The notes: generated by a model not told the origin, from the sequence alone. DNA of 64,000 nucleotides from Lytechinus pictus (GCF_037042905.1 NC_087246.1:7504001-7568000), one strand, 5' to 3'. Counted from the first letter of the stretch, positions 1 through 12,649 are shown. A program made the numbers and translations.

Positions 1-331
1 TATTTTCTAAGTTATGATGACATTTCAAAAACTTAACCTTAGGTTAAGATTTTGATGTTGATTCCCCCAACATGGTCTAAGTTCATTGACCATAAATGAC
101 CATTGACCATGGTCATGTGACATGAAACTCAGGCAGGATGTTCAGTAATACTTGATTGACCTTATGGCCAAGTTTCATGAACTAGGACCATATACTTTCT
201 AAGTTATGCTGTCATTTCAAAAACTTAACCTCAGGTTAAGATTTGGTGTTGACGCCGCCGCCGCCGTCGCCGCCGCCGCCGTCGGAAAAGCGGCGCCTAT
301 AGTCTCACTCTGCTATGCAGGTGAGACAAAA
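1..331. mobile_element. End of a Helentron/HINE (pearl-like) non-autonomous element
   Basis: Direct repeat of about 190 bp (5-52 matches 197-244), (GCC)n microsatellite, terminal stem-loop gtctcactctgc-tat-gcaggtgagac followed by an A run. Its atgcaggtgagac is the reverse complement of gtctcacctgcat at 63718. Confidence 0.5.
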
Positions 332-336
332 ATCGT

Positions 337-420
337 TCTCGCGGGATATCGGTCTTGCGGGCATTCGGTCTCGCGGGCCCTCGGTCTCGCGGAGCCTCGG
401 TCTAGCGGACCCTCGGTCTG
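337..420. repeat. GC-rich minisatellite, unit about 16 bp (cggtctcgcgggccct)
   Basis: Five visible degenerate copies. Confidence 0.7.
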
Positions 421-523
421 TCACCAGTACGCCTCCGCGCCATCGCATCCTTTTCCACCCCCGATTTTCCAGAACACCCATCCACCCGCCCTTCATTCCA
501 ACCATCAACGTACAACCTCACAC

Positions 524-1213
524 CATGGACCTATGAAGAGATTGACTATCAACGCGAGCATTTCTTTGGTCCAATGATAGTCACCGTCGCTTGGTTATGC
601 GCATCTTAATGAGAACATACAGGTGTTTTAACAATAGCAATTACCATGACTACCAAGACGTATCTCTGATCACCCAAAGACGGAACAGTTTCCCGGTCTT
701 GATTTTTGTTGGCTGATACCCTGTTCCAGCATGTGCCTTTCAGTCAACATGCTTCATATTTGGAGCAGCAAACTTGAAAAGCAGACGATCTTTATGATAT
801 ATAATATGATATTATTCGATCCGCTAACTCCCGCTCACACATAACACGGTCTATAAATGTTATAGAAAGTTGGGAAAATTAAATTTTAAATGGTAAACAA
901 TCAATCACAATATTGCCTCTATATTACAATATGAAGACATTTCCCCAAATAAAACACATGGAACTAAGATTACCAAATGTAAAAAGAACTGCACATCGAT
1001 TTTCCATGATTTAAGTGATTTGTTGTCTATTGCGCATATAATTTGTGAAATATAAATGTCCAGTCACGAACTGCTTCCGTCCCTTCTCACGGTGACGATC
1101 ATTGAACCAAAGAAGACTAGTATGAAGAGAATGTTATTCAGAGGACAATTACAGTCACATCTCATTGAATTCATTAGGTAAGCGATGAATGTCCATCTCT
1201 CCATAGGTCCATG
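524..1213. mobile_element. P-superfamily-like MITE, copy 1
   Basis: TIR catggacctatgaagag / ctctccataggtccatg; 7-bp TSD ctcacac (517-523, 1214-1220). Near-identical to 19107-19855. Confidence 0.8.
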
Positions 1214-1332
1214 CTCACACCAAGACAACGATTGACTCCTCCCGCGACGCGTTTCGGTCTCCATGGAAACAGAGCCTACGCATCAGTAGTCCGCGCCACG
1301 CCCACCATGTACGGAAGATGTTGCGAATACTG

Positions 1333-1491
1333 GGGAGTGTTTCATCAACATTTTTTGTCCGACAAGTTGTCAGATCTGACATCTTTCCTTGATTTTGATT
1401 GGCTGAGAAGCAGTGTTACTATGGCAACTGTCGGATAAAACAGGACTTGTCAGATGAAACGTCCGACAAGTCCTTTCTTGAAACGCCCCCC
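1333..1491. mobile_element. Harbinger-like MITE
   Basis: gggagtgtttca...tgaaacgcccccc with internal symmetry; CTG on both sides. Confidence 0.65.
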
Positions 1492-2095
1492 CTGGTCTCA
1501 CGCGCGTTAAACATTCCCATAGACTTGTGTGTTAAAATGGCACTTAACAAAAATTCATAAAAAATAAATGTGAAATTAGAGGGTCGAATGTTTACTACCT
1601 TTGGATCTGACATTCCATATCTGACCAGAGAAGGGTATCGTAGCCAGCTCATTTTAAAAATAAATCGCCATTTATGAAGATAACTATGATGGGATCAAAT
1701 TCATCAATTGGAACAGTAAAATAGCCCCAATTCTTCCGCCAGTAAAAATAGTGCCAAATCATTGATATACTATCTTCCCAATTTGGGCAAAGGAAGTTCA
1801 GTGGTTACCATTCAAGAATCAGTTTTAGATTTTGAATCATATTCATACATTTTTGTCAATCAGCAATATCAAATTGAAAAATTTCGAATGGGTTGGGTCG
1901 AACGAATATCTTTAGCCCTCCTGATGTAATTAGGCTCATGGCACCTACTGCGGCGAACCAAATCATAGGGCTCACACATGTCGACACGGAATCCGGCTCC
2001 AATGTCGCCGATGTAATCAGCTGGGACATAAAGAAAAGTATTGCACTTATTAGAAAATCGGCCAAGAAGAGAGTGCTAATGATGGACACTCACCT

Positions 2096-5000
2096 GTGCA
2101 CCTTGACGAACCAAATTCTTTAACAAGTACTCCACGTTTTGAACAAGATGATAATTATCAAAGTAATCTGAAATGTATATCGTTAAAGGCAATGAGTGTT
2201 TCAAACAAAATCGATGAAATAAGAACAATTATTGAACATGTTAAACCTAATGTTTTTTGTATCACTGAAACTCATTCATGCCCGGAAATTTCATCCTCTG
2301 AGATATTTCCCCAAAATTTTAAGGTAATACGTAGTGATAGAAATAGACATGGTGGAGGGTTTCTCATCGCGTACCAAGATAGTTTGTCGATAATCCATAG
2401 AGAAGACCTCGAGACTAACTGTGAAATTATCTGGTGCAAAATATTATTCAAAGATACAAAATCTATTCTTCTCAGAGTTTATTATACACCCCCAAATAGT
2501 AAAATAGAAATTGTACATGAACTTGATAAATCTATGTCTTTAATAACACATAATGGTAAGAAAATATGCAATGTTATTTTAACAGGAGACTTTAATTTAC
2601 CAAGTTTGAAGTGGGTTAACGGATATAATGTTCCATCCGAAAACTCTGAGTTAACAAAATGTTTTATATCAATACTTGGAAATAATTTTCTTTATCAGCA
2701 TGTGAACCAACCGACAAGGATTACAGATAAGACTTGTAACATACTTGATTTTACTTCTCATCCATCAGATGTGTCTAATGTTGATGTCATTCCTGGTATA
2801 AGTGACCATGAGGCTATAACTTTAGATATTTGTTGTATGAGGAAAGGTGAATTAAAAGAGAAACATACGTATTTTTATTCTAAAGTTAATTTTAATAATT
2901 TTAGAAAAGATTTGCAAAGCATACTATTTTCTGAGAAAAACAGAGATGTAAAGGAATTTTGGCAGTTTATCAAATCCACTGTAAAAAGATATGTGATGCA
3001 AATGTACCTCATGGTAATTTAAAAAGAAGATCTAATGTTCCATGGGTAGGTAAAGACTTATGGAAATTATTGAGAAAAAGAAATATATCCTTCAAGAAAG
3101 CCAAAGAACAAATAAGAAAACCCATTGGGAAAATATAGACTTTTGGGAAAGGAAGTAAAGAAGAAAGTGAAAGTAAATTATGTAAATTATTTGCGAAATG
3201 ATATATGTAGTAATCTAAAACATAGTCCTAAACGTTTTTGGAACTTTATTAAATCTAGAAAATGTGATCGTGGTACGATAGATTGTTTAAATGTAAACGG
3301 CACAATTATAACAGAAGACCAACAAAAAGCTGACGTTTTTAATGAACAATTTAATCAAATATTCAGTAATCGTTTAAGTCAACACCAACCTAAATTAAAA
3401 AGTAATGTTCCTATTATGGATGATGTTCAGTGTACCGAAGCAGAAGTTTTAAAGCTGTTAAAGAATTTAGATGTATCAAAAGCGCAAGGACCCGATGGAT
3501 TAGCACCACGCTTGTTGAAAGAAGGTGCAAAACAATTGGCACCCTGCTCTTTGCAAGCTCTTTAACATGTCTTTGTCATCAGGTGTATTGCCAGATGATT
3601 GGCAAAGGCCTAATATATGCCCACTGTATAAAAAGAGTAACAAACAGGACCCTAGTAATTATCGCCCGATATCCCTTACATCAGTTACATGCAAAATCTT
3701 AGAACGTATCATTTGTAAACATCTTATTGAACACTTTAACAAAAATAACATATTATGTGACAATCAACATGGTTTCCGTCAAAAGAGAAGTTGTGAAATA
3801 CAACTTACAGAAGCAATTAATGATTGGAGTTATAATATGGAGTCTGGTTCAACCGTCCATATTGCTTTTCTTGATTTTGCAAAGGCATTTGACAGCGTGC
3901 CTCACGATCTTTTAAGAACAAAACTTGAAATGTACCGTGTTACGTTTCACAATTTAGAATGGATCATGAATTTTTTACAGAATCGATATCAAAGAGTAGT
4001 TATAAATGGCGAATGTTCTTCATGGTCCAAAGTTAAATCAGGTGTTCCTCAAGGAGCAGTCTTAGGTCCGGTATTGTTTTTATGCTTTATAAATGATATG
4101 CCTAATAATATTTTATCAACTATTCGATTATATGCGGACGATTGTATATTATACCTCCCAATCTTTAACATAGATGATTGTAAAACGTTACAACACGATT
4201 TAGAAGTTTTAAGGTCTGAAGCGTGGATGCTCGATTTTAATGTATCTAAGTGTGAAATTATGAATATGTCACGAAAACATCACGATATAACATATATGTA
4301 TTCTATTAATGGACAGGAATTATCAAATGTAAAATGTGAAAAATATTTAGGTCTTTTAATATACGATTCTCTAAATTGGAACGACCATTGCAAGGTTTTA
4401 TATACAAAATATAACAGGATTATGGGAATCATCAGAAGGAATTTGGTTAATTGCCCAAAATCTATTTTGAAATGTCTTAATGCCTGAACAGACTATAATA
4501 TGAAATCATTTTATCCTCAAACAATCAATGAGTGGAATCAACTCCCTGAAATAGTAATTAATATACCATCTCTCAGTACATTTAAATCGTCCCTGTTGAA
4601 ACATCTCCAATTAGACATTTGAGTTACTTATTTCAAGCAATCGTAGTATTTTGAAGAATTATCAATAATGTTGGACTAAAGGGTAACCTTTGAAATCATA
4701 TTTTAGGTCTTCTGCACCAAAGTGATAACACTTGAGTTTGTATTTATTTTTTTCCTGGACTTACATGCACGGCCTTCTCATGGCAAATCGTTCCTCTATT
4801 ATTCAAATTTGAAGCACACTTTGGATCCCCAATATTGTACTCAATTCATTAAAGGGGAAATTCAAACTGACATAACGTTCATTGTAAAAAAACCGAAAAT
4901 AATTGAAATGATATTGGTGAGGGTTTTAGGGAATCCATCAAGGATTTAAAAAGCTTATAGAATTTTAATGGTGACGTCATTTGCGAGCAATTCTTCCCAT

Positions 5001-5548
5001 ATATGGTGTCATAAAAAATATCAATGAAATGTAATTTTCTAAAAAAAAATTAAACGGTTTTTATTGTACCTTAAGTATATCAATATGCAAATCCTTTCAC
5101 ATCCGCTCCTGAACATTTTCTTTTAGCAATCACGAACCACTGATTAGAAAAATAGAAAAGTATAGATTTTGGTGCATAAAATACGGGGTAGCTGCTGCTG
5201 CTCGTATATGACGTAACATATCAAAAACTCAAACTTCTAATAACTTTCTTAATCTTTGACGAGGTTTCTGCAAACTTTCACTTATTTTTGCTATATTTAC
5301 GTAAATCATTTGTCAGGGTGAACTTCCCCTTAAAAAAACATCGATAGAATGTGCATTTTGTAATATTTGTAAAAACATCGATATAATGTGAATTTTGTAT
5401 TATTTGTGGGGCCAGGCTCGATTAGCACTTTTGCTATTTTCTGGTCCCATTTACCATTGTATTTTTATACATGTGTAACTGTTATGCAATTTTTTTTATA
5501 ACCTGTAAACATGTGAATATTGTTGGTAAATAAATAAATCAAATCAAA
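2096..5548 (+). mobile_element. Degraded CR1/L2-group LINE (APE endonuclease + RT)
   Basis: ORFs 2096-3022 (ITET, GDFNLP, SDH), 3125-3565 and 3525-4487 (NYRPISL, QHGF, LDFAKAFD, PQG, YADD) with frameshifts. Probable 3' stem-loop near 5408-5448 and (aaatc)n tail near 5528-5548; the 3' boundary is tentative. Confidence 0.85.
4853..5330. mobile_element. Kolobok-like palindromic MITE (TTAA target)
   Basis: ttaa|aggggaaattca...tgaacttcccct|taa; homologous to 58572-59066. Confidence 0.7.
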
Positions 5549-6052
5549 ATAGTACCTGACAAACGCCTATAAATCTAAATCCTGATTCGCTACACATTTC
5601 CAAATTCATCCGGTAACCGTTACCATAGAAACTAGTTAAGGAACCTGACATTCACTTGGACTAGCTGCAATGAGAATTGCTCTGAATAACTTATCACTAA
5701 ATGCTATTGTCATGTACATGTGCGATTCTTATCAGCCTTTGCGTAATAAAAGAAGTTTTAAGGTAATTTTATGAATTTTGCCTCTATTTCCGTTTTTTCT
5801 GTTTTGTATTGTTGATGAAGTTGTTGTGATAGTCATACCAGACTCAGAAGTAGCCGAGACAAGCAAGCAGTAGGCAAATACCAAAGCAGAGAAAACCCCG
5901 ACATCAAATTAGATACGTGGGACAATAACGTAAACAAAAGCGAGATTGGACACAACCCGAGCAAGAAAAATGGCTTGTAAAAATATATTTCGGACAAGCC
6001 CCCATATGTCATATCAGGGAGGGGAGCTTAACTTAAGAAAATACTCTTCCTG

Positions 6053-7210
6053 TGGCCTGTTTCACTAAGCGCTAAGATGCGTCTTAAGCATCCATAAGTC
6101 CGGTTATAGGACTTAGTGTAAGATGCATCTTAGCGGGAGTTTCACAAAGACCACTAAGACGTGTACCGTACTTAGTACCCATTTAACTAAGTTGCATACA
6201 GAGCGTAGCCTACGTCTCGTCTCGACGAGACGTAGGAACTGTTCTTAGTGTAATGTCCTTGCTTCTTTTTCTAGGCGATTCCTAGTTTTTTTTAGGAAAA
6301 TGCATATTGTTATTATTCATTTTTATGAATTGCCCAACATCATGTCATTGCCTGTCTGTACACTACCAAATATGTTTATAGTAGAGGGGGGGGGGGGGTA
6401 ATGAGCACTATTTTTTGTACTCAACACCCCCCTCCTAATTAATTATTAAATCGGCCGCGATTCGTCGATACAAATACAACTTCCATCACAAACTTCCACT
6501 GCATACATTTCACTATCAATATTTTACTTCTATGTTGTCTTAAGAAAAAGGTTAATACCATACCACTAGCGTACCTATGGGGGCAGGGGGCACTCTGCCC
6601 CCCCTGACGAGTGACAACCCATGCAAAAACGTGTCTTTGCCCCCCCTAACGGGCTTGAAAAACCTTTTTTGCCCCCCTGACGAGCTTGAAGACCTTGAAT
6701 GCCCCCCCCCCCCCCCTGACGAGCTTGAAGACCTTCTTTTTTTTTTTTGCTTGTCAATTTTTTTCTGGTACGAAATCCTTTATTTGTGATCGAAGACTTT
6801 TTTTTTGCTTGTCAATTTTTTTGGCGGACGGTTTTGCCCCCCCCCCCCCTGTGAAAAATCCTAGGTACGCCACTTACCATACCTTCCCCATTATTCTACA
6901 GTAGTCAAAATTATGTTAAAGTGACAAAATTCCTCCTCCTTTCACTTTTTACTTTTAGTCGCAGACGAAAACTTGCGGGAAATTACTACTTTTAATCTTC
7001 ACACAAGGTTGAAGGTCACGAAATTAGGCTTCGTAGACTCAAAATCGAGACGTTTCATCGTTGAAGACGCGTCGCACACAGGACTTAGTAAAGAACTGTT
7101 TAGTGGAACTGACGCACCAACAGGACGTCAGTAAGACCCGTCTTAGTGTATGACGCGTCGCAGCGACACTAAGTCCCGTTACACTAAGTACTGTTTAGTG
7201 AAATAGGCCA
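6053..7210. mobile_element. Harbinger-like non-autonomous element
   Basis: TIR tggcctgtttcactaa / ttagtgaaataggcca; repeated cttagt/actaag subterminal motifs; flanked by CTG and CAG. Confidence 0.65.
6564..6874. mobile_element. hAT-like GC-rich MITE nested in 6053-7210
   Basis: cactagcgtacc...ggtacgccact ends; 8-bp TSD taccatac (6556-6563, 6875-6882). Confidence 0.75.
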
Positions 7211-9981
7211 CAGGATAGAAGAGGCACAACCTTGTTTTTTTATATATACAATATTTTTTTATGATTTCTTGTCAATTCGAGGGTGCTGATCACGAATCTG
7301 GATGATGCCACTCGTGTAACCTTGAGTATTTTCCGCAAATTGGCAAAATCCAATATGGCCGCCCAAATATGCAAATTACCCATGAAAATCATAAAATTGT
7401 CCGCACATTGGCTGTGAAATGCATGAATTTGTGTGGCAGGAGTGAAATAGAATCTTAAAAAATAAATTTTGACAAAATATTTATTTTCCTGATATTCAAA
7501 ATGGCCGCCATAGGCCATTGTATACATCATTATGTACAATATGAATAGGGAAAACTAATTTTCACAAAAATGAGCACTAAACTGCAAAACTCGCGATGTA
7601 TGAACGAAGTAATGCATGCAAATCGAGATAATATCATTTAGTATGTCATTTATGGCAACATTGCTGTATTTTTATATCTTAAAATAGCCGCCACTGGCAC
7701 AAACAGTATTGCGTACAATGGCAATGGGGGCCAAAAAATTCACAAGAGTGATCACGAAAATGCTTATTATGAAGATCAAACGAGTCGAATACTGACTAAA
7801 AACATAATTGTTAAAGAAATATATCATTAATATGCCATGCATGTGATGAGTATTGTATTTCGATATTCAAAATGGCTGCCAAATGTCCTAAAAGTATTAT
7901 GCACAATGATAAATGGGAGAATAGAAATCACAAGAGTGAGCACTAAAATGCATATATATGTGATAAATTAATTGGATACTGTCTAAAAACGTATTTTCTA
8001 ACGAAATATATCATTCAGGTTTCAATTTTGTGTTAAATACTGTATTTTTACTTTCAAAGTGGCCGTCATCGACATTAACTGTATTATGTACAATGCAAAG
8101 TGGGAAACCAATGTTCACAGGAGTGAGCACCATAAATGCACGTAATAGTGATCTATGAGTAAAAAATTGTCTGAAAGCATAATTTATATTAAGATATACC
8201 ATTTATTCTGCCAGTTAGGTGGTAAATACCGTTATCTTAAAGTCAAAATGTCCGCTACAAGCCCTTACAGTATTATGCACAATATGAATGGGAAGAAATC
8301 ATTTCAACAGAATTTGGCTTTGCTTGGTCAAAACATGGACCTATCAAAATAATGGTGATGTATGAGTGGAATATTTTTGAAATCATGATTTATAACAAAA
8401 TATATCATATCTTATATAATTTAGGTGATAAATACTGTGTTGTAACATTCAAAATGGCTGCCATATCCCCTTTTTGTAAACGTTATTTTGTCTCCACCCA
8501 AATTTTACATGTATATCACACGATAAGTGCATATGGTGGCCATTTTCAATTTAAAAATGCGGCATTTATCACCTTAATTACACATTATTATGATATATCT
8601 CGTTAGAAACCATTATTTTAGACAATAATTCACCCTTACATCACAATTCACAATTATTTGCAATATTAAGAGTCAAGCAAAGCCGAATTCTGTCAAAATT
8701 AGATGTCCCATGTTACAATGTACATAATACTTTTAGGACCTATGGCAGCCATTTTGGATTTCAAAGTACAGCATTTATTACCTCCACCATGTCCACAACC
8801 AAAATATGTGATGCATGTAGATAGATATAATGTTTAAGACAATATTTTTACTCATATATCACAGTTATATGCAATTTATGAGTCTCACTCTTGTGAAAAC
8901 TAGTTTCCCTGTTTGCATGTTACATAACTTAGTTAGGGCTTGTAGAGGTTATTTTAAATGTCAAAATACAGTATTTATCACCTATATGGAAGAAGGAATG
9001 CGATAATTCAGAAAAAAACGTTTTCAAATAACGACTTACTCATACAACAGGATTATAATTATGGATGTCATAGTCATGCAAGCAAATCAAAATTCTTACA
9101 AAATATGTCCCAATTTACATTGTAAAAAATACTGTTAGGGCCTTTAGGGGCCATTTTGAATTTCATAATACAGTATTTATCTCATGCATGACAAAAGAAA
9201 TGATATGTCTTGCTATAAAACATGTTGTCAGAGAATATTTTACTCGTAGATCACAGTTACATGCATTTTAAGTTTCTTACTCGTGTGAAAATTAGTTTCT
9301 CCATTTGCATTGTACATGATGGCGGCCATTTTGAATTTCAAAATACAGCATTTATCACATCAATGGCATATTAACAATTATGTTTTTAGTCAGTATTCGA
9401 CTCGTTTATCTTAATGATTAGTGCTAAATTTTATAATTTTTTCCCGGCCACTGCCATTGTACATAATACTCTTTGGGCCAGTGGCGGCTATTTTAAGATA
9501 TAAAAATACAGCAATGTTGCCATATATGACATAATAAATGATCTTATCTCGATTTACATGCATTACTTCGTTCATACCTCGCGATTTTTGCAGTTTAGTG
9601 CTCATTTTTGTGAAAATTAGTTTTCCCTATTCATATTGTACATAATAATGTATACAATGGCCTATGGCGGCCATTTTGAATATCAGGAAAATAAATATTT
9701 TGTCAAAAATTATTTTTTAAGATTGTATTTCACTCCTGCCACACAATTTCATGCATTTCACAGCCAATGTGCGGACAATTTTTATGATTTTCATGGGTAA
9801 TTTGCATATTTGGGCGGCCATATTGGATTTTGCCAATTTGCGGAAAATGCTCAAGGTTACACAAGTGGCATCATCCAGATTCGTGATCAGCACCCTCGAA
9901 TTGACAAGAAACCATCAAAAAATATTGTATATATAAAAAAACAAGGTTTGGTCAATTTCCTATGGAGCCTATCCTGGACTA
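7211..9981. mobile_element. Foldback element family F1, copy A (Academ-like, about 2.75 kb)
   Basis: Long imperfect inverted arms (about 7228-7830 vs 9360-9948) and internal subrepeats (ttcaaaatggccgcc) that switch orientation near 8460-8545. Right end ctatcctggacta; the left end lacks the terminal tagtc. Inverted homologue of 36110-45210. Confidence 0.8.
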
Positions 9982-10112
9982 CAAGCCTATGCACCCCTAG
10001 GGGTGTAGTGTGTAAAGCGTGTTTCTCCCTATCAAAATACTCCTGTTTAGGTTTACTGATTTTGTGTTTTTCTTCCAATTAGGAATAAAGTGTGATAAAG
10101 CAGAGGACATAC

Positions 10113-10277
10113 TTTTGATTTAGATCCTTCTGTAGATGCAGTTTTATAGAAGTCGTCGTGGAGTTTGACCTTCTCCAGTTCTAATGATTGGAGATCTGGC
10201 ATAGAACTCAGACATTTCCCGTAGTTAGACGACGCCTCTTGTCCCAAAATTCCACCGGTGTGCTTGAGCTTCTTTAT
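10113..10277 (-). CDS. NLR LRR exon 5 (55 aa)
   Basis: attcag|ATA...AAA|gtatgt, 165 bp. IKKLKHTGGILGQEASSNYGKCLSSMPDLQSLELEKVKLHDDFYKTASTEGSKSK. Confidence 0.87.
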
Positions 10278-10359
10278 CTGAATATTAAAAACACACAAAT
10301 ATAACCAGGATAAAGTCTTATATTGGTATCTTTGTATATACAATGGGGTGATAAAAGCC

Positions 10360-10542
10360 TAGTCTACAACTGTAGACCCACATCTGCAGTGTGTGTATCA
10401 CAGCTGATTCAAGGAGTCTGCATAACAGACTAGGTCTACTGGAGCTGCAAATGGCTCGCTTCGCTCGCCCTTTGCTGGTTTGCGAAGCAAACCAGTTGCA
10501 GATCCCACTTCACGATCCATTCAGAGTCTGCATAGCAGACTA
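10360..10542. mobile_element. 183-bp TAGTCT...AGACTA element with 9-bp TSD (AcademH-like)
   Basis: TSD ataaaagcc at 10351-10359 and 10543-10551. Confidence 0.7.
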
Positions 10543-11154
10543 ATAAAAGCCTGGGGATAAAGGAAGCTGCAAGCAGGCCTCTTCCAGTGTGTATGTATGT
10601 GTGTGTGGAGGGGGGGGGGGGGGTGTGGCTCTGATTACCGACAAATATCGGTACCAACTACCAACTAAGTGTTCCACATTCGCCTTCGTCATATTTTTCT
10701 TTCGTCATACCTAAGGGCAGTTCCCGCTTTCATCAATTTTCCCCGTTACTGCCGCCAAAATTTGATTTTTGTTGAGGGGTTAGACCTAACTAAATTTTCA
10801 TTATTAGAAACAAGGTAAGGTAATAATGATGATAATAATAATAATAAATGTTTCATTTACTCAGGGTAGGCACTTCAGTTATGCAACTGCTCAAACAACG
10901 GGCCCTGCATAACATAATATGTTATCATTACCCTTCTAAACCATTCAAGCAATTCAAGCAATAAGAAACAAAAGAAAAGTGAGTGAGGGACATCATTTTG
11001 AGTTGTACCTATCGCTGTTTTTTGAAAAAAACTTTAAAATGTCATAACTTTATTATTTTACATCCGATTTTGATGAAATTTTCAGCGTTTTGCTAGTTTC
11101 ATTTTTTCTCTATTTAATAAAATCAACATTTTACTTGGGTGGACTTGACCATTA

Positions 11155-11239
11155 AGTCTTTGGTATGACTCGGCCGAGGATAGAACCACGACCTCCCGTA
11201 ATGAGGCAGACGCTCTACCACTGAGCCACCATGACCGGT
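11155..11239 (-). mobile_element. tRNA-derived SINE head
   Basis: Minus strand tggctcagtgg (A box) ... ggttctatcc (B box) followed by gagtcataccaaagact. Confidence 0.7.
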
Positions 11240-11309
11240 ATTTCACGAGGCCTGAATATAAGCAAGCTAAAATTTAAAATTCTTAGCTTTTTTGTATGCG
11301 TATATAATT

Positions 11310-12080
11310 AAGCAATTCATGCGAGCGCGAATTGAAGCTTTAGATTAACTGTTCTGAAAAAGGACATGTTAATTAACTGTTTGCAGTGACTCATGAATAT
11401 AATACATTTCACACTACTCAAATAGAGCGAGCGCAAAGCGCGAGCTGAAAAGTTTTGAGATAATCGACCTAAAAACTGGACTGCTTTCAATAGAGAACAC
11501 AGTAAGCAAGCGTAAAGCGCAAGTCGAATCTTGCAGATTTAGAACTAAAACAGGACATGCGAAACAATAATCATGAAGTTATAAACATGTGGATATAATA
11601 CTAAGAAATTGACTGAACATTCTGTATTTTACGAAACAACTTAAAATTGGAAATTCTTAACACTTTTTGTAATGAATAACACGAGTAAATAACTAAGCAG
11701 ATTTATGATAACTAAAAATAGAACATTCGAAGCATGTAACCATGAAGAGAATGGGCATAGAACAAGTGCTGCGAGCGCGAAGGGTGAGCTAATTTTTTTA
11801 AAATTTAGATCCTGAAAATTTGACCTTCTAAGCATTTTTTCAATCATGAAAATGGTGGGTATCTTATCAACCAATTAATGCGAGCGCGAACCGCAAACTA
11901 TTTTGTGTAGATTTAGACTTCAAATCAGACATTTTCGAACTTCTGAGGGGAATTCTAAACACCGTTCAAAACGAAGGAACATTTTGTAGATGATATGGAT
12001 CTCACAAAATATGTGATGCGAGCGCGAAGCGCGAGCTGAAATTATTTTGAGATTTAGACCTTAAACCGGAAATTTTTAAT
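11310..12080. repeat. Degenerate gcgagcgcgaagcgcgagc subrepeat array (DNA-transposon internal sequence)
   Basis: The same motif recurs at 54270-55720 and 59400-61050. Confidence 0.55.
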
Positions 12081-12237
12081 CACTGTCGGTACAGAGAGCT
12101 CCACACGTTCGCATCACGAGAAAAAATCAGTTTACCGAAAACAGTATGCAATTTGCCCTTATCGACAAAGATAAGCAAGAACAAGGTACATGAAGCAGTT
12201 GGAACATCATTTGGAAAAATTGGAGATGCCGAAAAAA

Positions 12238-12309
12238 TGTCTCTGCCGGGAATCGAACCCGGGCCCGCAGCTTTGAACGCCGGTGCCTTAACCACTAGAC
12301 CACAGGGAC
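12238..12309 (-). tRNA. tRNA-like cloverleaf, anticodon TCA (tRNA pseudogene or SINE head; function unproven)
   Basis: GTCCCTG-TG-GTCT-AGTGGTTA-AGGC-A-CCGGC-GTTCAAA-GCTGC-GGGC-CCGGG-TTCGATT-CCCGG-CAGAGAC-A (72 nt) followed by T6. One mismatch in the acceptor stem and one in the anticodon stem. Confidence 0.5.
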
Positions 12310-12465
12310 GGGTTAGTGGCTAGGGCGACCCCGATCCGATTGACCGGCAGAGACTTTTTTTCGGCATCACCAATTTTTCCAAATAGCTATGGGGAATCTT
12401 GATTTAAGCTACGCCTACCATTTTTCTCTTCATCCATTTCTTTCACACAATATTTAAATGAAAAG

Positions 12466-12533
12466 AGTTGCCAAAGCTCTAGTAACTTCACACAAACACA
12501 CACACACACATACCCCCACACACACACGCGCAC

Positions 12534-12583
<50 letters not shown>

Positions 12584-12649
12584 GGGTGCGCGTGTGTATG
12601 TGTGGGTATGTGTGTGTGTGTGTTTGTGTGAAGTTACTTGAGCTTTGGC

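Noticed and set aside
1856..2089. Hydrophobic ORF with STLFLADFL resembling GPCR TM2
   Set aside because: Short, no convincing splice boundaries, no companion exons, and adjacent to a LINE 5' region.
12238..12309. Selenocysteine tRNA
   Set aside because: Has a UCA anticodon but lacks the long variable arm and extended acceptor stem of tRNA-Sec.
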